Positions 50,665 to 57,004 of a stretch of DNA of 57,004 nt are shown in pieces (the first letter of the stretch is position 1; each line of letters starts with the position of its first letter). The translations under genes were made by a program, and so were the position numbers. The DNA is from a virus. Under the pieces are notes generated by a model. That model was not told the DNA's origin, ran no database searches, and saw only the letters and a program-made list of their open reading frames with translations. The DNA is taken from the IMG/VR virus record IMGVR_UViG_3300047497_000008, positions 1 through 57,004 of that record; one strand, written 5' to 3'.

Positions 50665-51029
50665 TGCGCCCTCAAACTCGTTTGTGCGAAGTTTTCCATA
50701 TCGTCATATTTATACAAACTCGGATCACGAAGTCTCGTCGGCGAGTAGAACGTGATCGGCGCCGCAAGAACGCGCCTGAAATAGTCCACGTTCGCGACAA
50801 AGTACACTTCAAACCCCGATTGCGCGATATCACAAGCTCGCAAGATCTGTTGGGGCTTCGCCGGCTCATTCCGCCGCTTGAACTCGAAATATACGCATCG
50901 CCCGCGGCGCATGAAGCATCGATCCGGCCAGCCGTTCGTTGACGACAGAGCAATCTTGTAGCCTTTCCAGCCGGCCCATTCCGCGATATCGACGCACTCG
51001 CCCTCGATCTTGGATTCAAGTTCCTCCAT
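50646..51029 (-). CDS. VRR-NUC nuclease
   Basis: GWPDRCF...VYFEFKRRN gives a PD-(D/E)xK signature. 127 aa. Confidence 0.75.
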   Translation of the reverse strand: MEELESKIEGECVDIAEWAGWKGYKIALSSTNGWPDRCFMRRGRCVYFEFKRRNEPAKPQQILRACDIAQSGFEVYFVANVDYFRRVLAAPITFYSPTRLRDPSLYKYDDMENFAQTSLRAQCRYVK

Positions 51030-51381
51030 TGCGACCTCCTGTCGGCGCTCGGCTCAACTGATTGACGCAGCCTGTCTCGTCCAACGCCCGGAACCGTTCC
51101 CAGGAGCCGCCGCGCAACGACTCATTGATCTGCACCGCACGATGCAGCGCGTGTAACAGCTCCGCCAACCCCGGATTCCCGGCCGTGTAGCCCTGTTTCT
51201 GCCGGTCCCGTAGTATCGCCTCGAAACCCGTCATCTGCGCCGTGGCGAGCTTTATGGCGCCCTCAAGCGTCTCGTGCGAAGCGTGACCGCTGAAAGGGTA
51301 CGTCGAAAGCGAAACGTCGTATCGCCAGACGTGCGCCCGGTAGCCGCCGATCACTTCCCAGGTTCTAATCTGCATCTGCAC
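51016..51381 (-). CDS. hypothetical protein
   Basis: 121-aa ORF in the replication operon. Confidence 0.6.
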   Translation of the reverse strand: MQMQIRTWEVIGGYRAHVWRYDVSLSTYPFSGHASHETLEGAIKLATAQMTGFEAILRDRQKQGYTAGNPGLAELLHALHRAVQINESLRGGSWERFRALDETGCVNQLSRAPTGGRNGGT

Positions 51382-51721
51382 GGCGGCGCTCCCGTGCCGC
51401 GCGGTTCATGACGATCGCGTTGCGTAATTCGGTAATCACGCGCATCTGATCGGGAGTGACGTTGTGCCAACCAAACGGAACGCCTACGTCGGTGTAGATT
51501 GTCTCGCGCACGATGCGATGCTTGCGCCCGTCAAGATCGAACACCGCCTGTCGGATAGCTTCCTCCGGCGAGCTGCCTGATCCGAAGCCTTGGGCGTCCC
51601 GATCATCGCCGCGGCCGACGCGCCAACGTACTGCTGCGCAAAATCCCGCATTTATCTCCCGAAGATCCGTGAGACAAGCGTCCGGGCCGGTGATATCTCC
51701 TATGATAGATCTAATACCCAT
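51365..51721 (-). CDS. hypothetical protein
   Basis: 118-aa ORF in the replication operon. Confidence 0.6.
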   Translation of the reverse strand: MGIRSIIGDITGPDACLTDLREINAGFCAAVRWRVGRGDDRDAQGFGSGSSPEEAIRQAVFDLDGRKHRIVRETIYTDVGVPFGWHNVTPDQMRVITELRNAIVMNRAARERRRADAD

Positions 51722-51751
51722 AAACCGGTTCTCCTGTAGCCGTGTCGGCGG

Positions 51752-53854
51752 CTATCCCTTACGGTAGAAATCGGCGGCGTATCCGTCCGCTCCAAGTACG
51801 AGTCCACCGTGACCGGGCGGTACAATAGACATCAGCTCGCATAACGTGTCAACGTCATAGTAGTTATCTCCGCGCCGCTCCAGGCACCAAAGCTCATCAT
51901 GAATGTCGCCGATAAGATGAAACCCATAATCGTAGACCTTACGCATCCCGTGCGCGAGCACGTCCCGCGCGATAGCCTGTACGGCGTTCTCGAATAGCTT
52001 GGCGCCTCGTGTGTAAATACGCGTCCATTTGTTACCTTTCTGACTGTCCAAACCCATGTAGCTGACAATCAGTTTCTCGTAAGTGTTGCCGGTACGCGGA
52101 GACACGCGCAGCTCGCGCGTCACACGCGGCTGAAAGTAATAGATGCGCCGATCGCTTGGCAACGTCATCACGAGATAGGGCTTTTCGTAGCTGAATGTGA
52201 TGAGTCCATTTACCGTGATCGGCCGATGCGACACGACAGCGGTAACGGCTCCTTCCTCCATCGCATACCACGTTTGGGGAATCTCTAGGTAAACTTGGCG
52301 GAACGTCCTAACCGAGTGGTGACTTTCTTCTCGTGTAAGTTTGATCCCCATGCCGTCGGCGTGACCCCACAAGCCCGTCTTCTTGCCGTCCTCCATGTCG
52401 CCGCCGCCGAGTCCATAAATCGCACCAAGGACTCCCGGCTTCGCACCTTGGCGTTGATGGGAATCAACTTCTTCGTACGCGACTTTATACATGAACGTGG
52501 CGAAATCTTTGTATGGGTCCAAGTCGTTCGCAAACACGTTCATAAGACGAATGCACTTGGCTACCCAAGCGGCAACGCGTGTCTCGATCGACTTCAAATC
52601 CGAAAACAGTAAAACCATTCCTTCGGGCGCCTGAATAGCCGATCGGATTGAACCTATGATGACATCCATCGGATCATCGATCCAGGCCATGTCGGCGAAA
52701 CTGGAGTCTCGTATCGCTTGCATGACACACCGAAGCATCTTGTCGCCGGATACCTTATTCGGGGACAGGATCGGCGGCGTGCGAACGAGATTCTGCGGCT
52801 GAAACCCGCGTCCCGACCATCGGCCAGTTCTGGCGGCGCCGGCGAACTGAAACCCGAACCGATACCTACCGTCAGCTCCGGTGCGATCGACCAGGGCTTT
52901 GAGTTTCGCGTGACTCTGGCGCGCGGCTTTCTGGCGTAACTTGAGAACGTGTCTGGCGTGCTCATCTATCCGATAGCCGAACAGAAAATATGTCCCGCTT
53001 GGACCATGTTCCGCGTCTTCGTTTACAACCTTCGTGATCGAGTCTTTCTGCAAATCGTCAAGCGGGTAGCCGTGCGCCTTGAGCCAGGGCAGGAGCTGAT
53101 CGGTAGAATTGGCGTTCTTGACTTCGATCTCAGGATTGATCTCGTTCGCGTATTCTACCATTTCCGCAAGGAGCTGCCGTTTGCGCTCGTTCGCCATTTC
53201 CAGCGCTCGCGCGGCAAACTCAAGATCAACCGGGAAACCGTTCAGATTGATCTCCAAATCTATCTCGAATAATTCCCATTCGTGCTCGGGGATGTAATAC
53301 TTGATGAGCCGGCGCTTGATAGCCTTTTCGGCCACGTTGTCCTGAATGTTATACTGTCGGAATCTCTCCCATTTGTCGGGATCGGTGAACTCGTCGCGCC
53401 AGACGAATGAGTTTGACTTGGTGATTTTCTGCGGCACGCAAAACAGCCGAATGAGCTTCTTTCCGTCGGCCATCTTCTTGCGGTCCATCGGCATTTCTAC
53501 CTGATCGCCGATCTCGCCCAAGCCGCCGGAGAACCCCTGCATGTTGGCGAGCGCCATGGAGCACCGCCAGCCTTTGAACGGCGTGTTGATGTTCAAAACC
53601 CGCCGCGTAATCATGAACTCGAACGAAGAGTTAAAGCCCCACTTGAGCACGTTCGGATCTAGCAGCGCTTTCCTAAACTCGTTCGGGAGTTTGTCTCCGC
53701 GCGCAAGATCGAAATGCTTATCGGGACCGCCGTTGATCGAGTAAGCGCCCATGAGGACAGCCGTCTCAGGGTGCGCGGAATAACGGTCTATCCCGTGCGC
53801 CCTGATATCGACGGGACTCCTGGTTTCGTAATCCAGGTGAATTTCGTCCGGCAT
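51752..53854 (-). CDS. family A DNA polymerase with 3'-5' exonuclease domain
   Basis: Exo I LDYETRS, motif B QRQGAKPGVLGAIYGLG, motif C IGDIHDELW. Confidence 0.9.
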   Translation of the reverse strand: MPDEIHLDYETRSPVDIRAHGIDRYSAHPETAVLMGAYSINGGPDKHFDLARGDKLPNEFRKALLDPNVLKWGFNSSFEFMITRRVLNINTPFKGWRCSMALANMQGFSGGLGEIGDQVEMPMDRKKMADGKKLIRLFCVPQKITKSNSFVWRDEFTDPDKWERFRQYNIQDNVAEKAIKRRLIKYYIPEHEWELFEIDLEINLNGFPVDLEFAARALEMANERKRQLLAEMVEYANEINPEIEVKNANSTDQLLPWLKAHGYPLDDLQKDSITKVVNEDAEHGPSGTYFLFGYRIDEHARHVLKLRQKAARQSHAKLKALVDRTGADGRYRFGFQFAGAARTGRWSGRGFQPQNLVRTPPILSPNKVSGDKMLRCVMQAIRDSSFADMAWIDDPMDVIIGSIRSAIQAPEGMVLLFSDLKSIETRVAAWVAKCIRLMNVFANDLDPYKDFATFMYKVAYEEVDSHQRQGAKPGVLGAIYGLGGGDMEDGKKTGLWGHADGMGIKLTREESHHSVRTFRQVYLEIPQTWYAMEEGAVTAVVSHRPITVNGLITFSYEKPYLVMTLPSDRRIYYFQPRVTRELRVSPRTGNTYEKLIVSYMGLDSQKGNKWTRIYTRGAKLFENAVQAIARDVLAHGMRKVYDYGFHLIGDIHDELWCLERRGDNYYDVDTLCELMSIVPPGHGGLVLGADGYAADFYRKG

Positions 53855-53857
53855 CGT

Positions 53858-54265
53858 TCACGAACCCTCGAAAGTGTTTCGCGCAATGAATTTATCGAAC
53901 TCCAGCGCGTCCGCAATACTGATATGGAGAATGGGCTTTCCGGCTTCTCGGAAATACCGCTCTTCGGCACGGATGCCTGCGGATTCCGCCCAGCCGTCCA
54001 TCTTGACGATGATAAGCAATGTCGCCGCGTCCATGAACGGCGCGTTGACTTTCTGCCAGTACGCGCCCGTCTTCGCGTCAACATCGCTCACGATCGAGTG
54101 GTAGTGCGCGATCGGGCAGTAGACGGCTTCGCCGACTTTCAGGATGCCTTCCGCTGCCGTGCAGGCGTCCTTGTAAGCCTTCTCACGCCCTAGCTGATAA
54201 TTCGTGTACGGAGTCGCGACATAAAACAGCGGCCTTAGCGCCTCGTTCAATTTTCGCATCACCAT
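53858..54265 (-). CDS. DUF1937 / nucleoside 2-deoxyribosyltransferase-like protein
   Basis: FYVATPYTNY, YCPIAHYH, VKMDGWAESAGIRAEERYF. Confidence 0.6.
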   Translation of the reverse strand: MVMRKLNEALRPLFYVATPYTNYQLGREKAYKDACTAAEGILKVGEAVYCPIAHYHSIVSDVDAKTGAYWQKVNAPFMDAATLLIIVKMDGWAESAGIRAEERYFREAGKPILHISIADALEFDKFIARNTFEGS

Positions 54266-54284
54266 GATGTTCTCCCAAGCGTTC

Positions 54285-54297
54285 GGAACTTAGTTCC
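54285..54297. repeat. GGAACTTAGTTCC palindrome (17 bp, +GAGTGA flank)
   Basis: Intergenic, 20 nt upstream of ATG 54265. Confidence 0.95.
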
Positions 54298-54306
54298 GAG
54301 TGACGA

Positions 54307-54330
54307 CGGACGCCGGTTTCCCGGCGTCCG
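54307..54330. other. GC-rich 10-bp stem-loop next to the palindrome in the 54266-54338 spacer
   Basis: cggacgccgg tttc ccggcgtccg. No U-run follows. Confidence 0.6.
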
Positions 54331-54338
54331 CGTGACGA

Positions 54339-54989
54339 CTAGAGACCGTCGAAATCGTCCTCATCGAAGGACGAGTCTTCGCCTTCGTCATCGAACGTTG
54401 CGTCAATCGCCTCTTCCGAGATCCGGCCGACGCCGAACGGCTCGTCGGGGCGCCCGTTACTAGGAATGCGCTGCACGGCGATAAGATTGGCGTTGACTCG
54501 CGTTCCGTACTTGCCGGGCAGCTGGAACCACGGGCGCAACAGGATGTTCACCCAACAGCCGGCGTAGAATACTTCCGCCGCCTTCTCGGGCGGTACGACG
54601 CGCTTTTTCGCATCGCGAAGAGCCGGCGCGCGCTTGGGCTCGCGGACGGAGAAGTACCACGAGTCTACCAGCTCTTCCTTGCCGGCGTTGTCGCCGTCGC
54701 GGCAGAACTTGCGATCGGCGGGAAACCCCTTGCCGGTTTTCTGATTGTTGGCCTTGAGTTCCTTGTCGATCTCTTCGACAATCAGCGCAAGTGCCTTTGC
54801 GTGAGTCGCCTTCGGCATGATGCCGACACAGCCGTAGGCCGCTTTCTGCGGCTGGCCGTTGTCGTCCAAGCCGCCGCTCCAAGGTGCGTCAAGATGTGGA
54901 TAGGACAGGCGAACACCTTTCACGAGAATAGTGCCGTCAGAAAACAGCGTTGCGTTCTCGACGGTTTTGACAACCTTACGATCGGTCAT
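54339..54989 (-). CDS. DUF2815 ssDNA-binding-like protein
   Basis: The VKGVRLSYPHLDAP start is typical of DUF2815. Acidic C-terminal tail DEDDFDGL. Confidence 0.7.
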   Translation of the reverse strand: MTDRKVVKTVENATLFSDGTILVKGVRLSYPHLDAPWSGGLDDNGQPQKAAYGCVGIMPKATHAKALALIVEEIDKELKANNQKTGKGFPADRKFCRDGDNAGKEELVDSWYFSVREPKRAPALRDAKKRVVPPEKAAEVFYAGCWVNILLRPWFQLPGKYGTRVNANLIAVQRIPSNGRPDEPFGVGRISEEAIDATFDDEGEDSSFDEDDFDGL

Positions 54990-55032
54990 GATTTATCCTT
55001 CGGATTATGCGTTACGGATTCACGGATTATCC

Positions 55033-56361
55033 CTAGCCTTCGATATCGAAACTATCGTCGGCTAGGTTTGTCACTGACTCCCGATCGTCGCTTTCAGGTG
55101 CCAGCGTTGGTTTGCCGGGCGTCCGCTCGACAAGCGAGCCGACGAGAGCCAGGGCGTCTTTACGTTTGTATCCAAGTTTCTCGATAAGCAATTCCTCCAT
55201 CTCTGCCGGTGAAATCGTAGTGACCTTGCGCGTATCAGCCGGATTGAGACCAACAAACTTGGCCTCTTCGGTTAGATCCGCGCCGAGTTTGAAGCTGCGG
55301 GAGGCGCGGCCATCGACCAGTTTATAGCCGGGGATCTTCTCATTCAAGCTGAAAGCGCGTCGAAACATTTCAGCTTCGACGGCAGCGAAAAACTTCTCGA
55401 ATACTTTTCGGTATCCGTACATTCTCGCCAACGCGTTTACGTGAAGATTGGGTAAACGCTTCTTCCCTGACTCCAGCCTTTGCGAAACGATGATTTCGGG
55501 CTCCGGCATAAACGCCGTGACGGCCTGTACATCAACAGCCTGATACTCGCCCTCGATCTCGAATGCGTCGTCCGCAAACGACTCGGTTAAGAGCTGCATA
55601 GCCGGGCACGTCGCAATGACTTTGCAGTACCGGCACGCCTCTTCCGAGGCGACTCGCGGCGCGTCGAGTGACCACGCTTCCCGCGCTTTGTCCCGAAAGA
55701 ACGCTTCCGCTAGCATCAAGTCGTCAATATCGAGGCTCCACGTTTCCCAGCGATCATGAACCGGCTGGCCGATCGCCAGCGTGACTTTTTTGATGCACCA
55801 CAAACCATTGAAGCGAACATACGCGCCGATCGCGTAAATGAGAAGCTGGTAGTTCTCTTTCGCGTGAACCGGAATATAACCCGTCTTGAAGTCCGCGATA
55901 ATCAAATGACCGGGCAACAGCAACACGTCGTCAGCCGTGCCGCCTTGGCCGGCGATCGGCGCCCAATCCGACTCGAGCCGTAGCTCGTGATGATGCTCGT
56001 GCGCCTGAAATCCGCCGATCCAGGCGACGTATTGCCGGCAGAAATCGATCATCTGCGCGGTTACGGTGATCGTGAATCCGTCAACTACCTCCGTGCGCCC
56101 TATGAGCGCGTCAACTTCATCGCCGTACGGCGGCGGGTCTCCGAAAATCGCGGCGCGTTCGTCCGTGTTGAACCAGTCGTCAACGATCCGATGCGCGACC
56201 GTTCCCCATGCCGCCTCTTCGCCGGCTTTGTCCGGCTCAAGCAAGTTCGGCACGAGCGACCCGGTGCAGCGCGCCCAGCGGCTCGCCGACGACGGCGAAA
56301 AGATCGAGTGCGCCTGAGTGCGGTAGTGCGCCTCCAGGTCGCGCAGAACGTCGTCGCTCAC
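55033..56361 (-). CDS. DUF2800-type PD-(D/E)xK (Cas4-like) nuclease
   Basis: SPSSASRWARCTGS, IIADFKTGY, CRYCKVIATCP. GTG 56361 overlaps the upstream stop (GTGA). The track start is 56445. Confidence 0.8.
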   Translation of the reverse strand: MSDDVLRDLEAHYRTQAHSIFSPSSASRWARCTGSLVPNLLEPDKAGEEAAWGTVAHRIVDDWFNTDERAAIFGDPPPYGDEVDALIGRTEVVDGFTITVTAQMIDFCRQYVAWIGGFQAHEHHHELRLESDWAPIAGQGGTADDVLLLPGHLIIADFKTGYIPVHAKENYQLLIYAIGAYVRFNGLWCIKKVTLAIGQPVHDRWETWSLDIDDLMLAEAFFRDKAREAWSLDAPRVASEEACRYCKVIATCPAMQLLTESFADDAFEIEGEYQAVDVQAVTAFMPEPEIIVSQRLESGKKRLPNLHVNALARMYGYRKVFEKFFAAVEAEMFRRAFSLNEKIPGYKLVDGRASRSFKLGADLTEEAKFVGLNPADTRKVTTISPAEMEELLIEKLGYKRKDALALVGSLVERTPGKPTLAPESDDRESVTNLADDSFDIEG

Positions 56362-56909
56362 GGCTTCGACAGCTCTCTGGCGACTTCCCGAAGAAAAGTG
56401 CGCCAAGACGACGCCGATCCGCCAGGAGGCGAGTTGAGGAGACACTTCAAGTTGTGCGGTTCAGAGAAACCACAAGAAGCGCACACGTCCGCGATTAGTT
56501 TACGGGCGCACTCTTCACCTTTCATCGCTTTAAGCTCCACGGCGGCAGACATAACTTGCTGCGCCGTGGGGGAGGGAGGGCCATCGGCGATCTTAGCCCG
56601 CTGGCGCCTAGCGCGCTTTATGTTCTTGGCGAGTGCCGCGTCAAAAACCGTGTTCTCGGCGAGTGCCGCGTCAAAAACCGTGCGTTGTGAGTTTTGCATC
56701 AGAACGCGCATCGCGTGAATGTCCGTAAAAAACCCATAAACGGGTTTCAGCGCGTGGTGGATTAGCGGGAGCGCGTTGCACGGAAGCGGTTCGCCGTGCG
56801 TATCCGCTGCGAACTCATCCGCGAGACGGATCAAACCACCAAACCATTGCTCGAAAGCAAATTCTTCGGCGTCTTTGGAACTTAGTTCCGGGGTGTCATT
56901 CTCTGCCAC
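56358..56909 (-). CDS. hypothetical early protein with an internal 10-aa duplication
   Basis: 183-aa ORF. TVFDAALAEN/TVFDAALAKN is encoded by a 30-bp tandem repeat. Codons 7-11 (PELSS) are the palindrome. Confidence 0.6.
   Translation of the reverse strand: MAENDTPELSSKDAEEFAFEQWFGGLIRLADEFAADTHGEPLPCNALPLIHHALKPVYGFFTDIHAMRVLMQNSQRTVFDAALAENTVFDAALAKNIKRARRQRAKIADGPPSPTAQQVMSAAVELKAMKGEECARKLIADVCASCGFSEPHNLKCLLNSPPGGSASSWRTFLREVARELSKP
56628..56684. repeat. 30-bp tandem repeat (1.9 units) inside gene 56358..56909
   Basis: ggcgagtgccgcgtcaaaaaccgtgttctc is followed by ggcgagtgccgcgtcaaaaaccgtgcg. Confidence 0.9.
56877..56889. repeat. GGAACTTAGTTCC palindrome (also at the window start, bases 1-12)
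   Basis: Codons 7-11 (PELSS) of gene 56358..56909. Confidence 0.95.
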
Positions 56910-57004
56910 GTTGGATTTCCTATTTGAGCGAGCGCGCGATGGATCGATAGTGTTCGGCCACTGCGGCGCAGAACTCGTGCCTCGGAAGACCTGTCGAAAA
57001 GAAA
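56878..57004. repeat. Terminal overlap copy 2, identical to 1-127
   Basis: Same 127 nt as the window start. The unique genome length is therefore 56,877 bp. Confidence 0.95.

Noticed and set aside
1-57004. Palindrome copies as ECF/EcfG-type promoters (GGAAC as a -35 element on both strands)
   Set aside because: I checked several copies and found no consistent CGTT/-10-like element 16-17 nt downstream. Many copies are only 1-27 nt from the start codon, leaving no room for a promoter plus RBS. Others lie deep inside genes.
1-57004. Palindrome copies as a CRISPR array or MITE-like mobile element
   Set aside because: The copies are kb apart rather than in a repeat-spacer array. Apart from the 58-bp cassette at 4886/5501 and a short GAGTG flank, the flanking sequences are unrelated, with no target-site duplications or terminal inverted repeats of a larger element.
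1-57004. Lysogeny module (integrase, CI-like repressor, attP) or plasmid-prophage partition system
   Set aside because: I recognised no tyrosine or serine recombinase, no protelomerase and no ParA. ParB alone does not make a partition system. The RHH/HTH genes could still be lytic-cycle regulators.

Overview
The window is a complete, circularly closed dsDNA tailed-phage genome. Bases 1-127 repeat at 56878-57004, so the unique length is 56,877 bp. All protein family names below come from my own reading of motifs; no database search was run.

Layout:
- A divergent promoter region lies at about 790-940.
- Leftward (minus strand, crossing the contig junction) runs a roughly 39-kb unit:
  - small early genes;
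  - a replication module: DUF2800-type nuclease, DUF2815 SSB-like protein, family-A DNA polymerase, VRR-NUC, N6-adenine methyltransferase, SNF2 helicase;
  - a lambda-like packaging and head module: TerS candidate, gpA-type TerL, gpW, gpB portal, S49 protease/scaffold, gpD-like decoration protein, gpE-like major capsid protein;
  - lambda-ordered head-tail and tail genes: FII/Z/U/V-like, G/GT chaperone, a 1772-aa tape measure protein;
  - tail-tip genes of the alphaproteobacterial/GTA flavour;
  - two paralogous receptor-binding proteins and a lysis block.
- Rightward is an HTH gene plus a prim-pol/D5-type primase-helicase (1252-3771). It is followed by a 1.2-kb non-coding region with an iteron/AT-rich origin-like structure.
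- A second minus-strand early block (4953-11991) carries a MoxR-type ATPase/VWA-metallopeptidase cassette.
- A plus-strand block (12428-18447) carries Zn-finger proteins, a Flp-type pilin, MazG, DUF1643, an Arc-like RHH protein, a second NTP-diphosphohydrolase-like gene, an orphan ParB/KorB-like protein and a SLOG protein.
- I did not recognise an integrase, tRNA, CRISPR array or reverse transcriptase.

Most striking signal: a perfect 13-bp palindrome, GGAACT[T/A]AGTTCC, usually extended to 15-19 bp.
- It occurs 20 times perfectly, plus 4 near-copies, spread every 0.4-6.4 kb over the entire genome.
- Most copies sit in short intergenic spacers 1-52 nt upstream of start codons.
- Some are embedded in coding sequence, where they impose the peptides ELSS, RNLVP or GTKF, or supply stop codons.
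- Chance expectation is far below one copy.
- I interpret this as the cis-element of an undescribed genome-wide system. Options are an operator, stoperator or parS/KorB-OB-like site, a modification or nick site, or an RNA operator.
- The orphan ParB-like protein, the Arc-like RHH and the methyltransferase are the obvious candidate partners.
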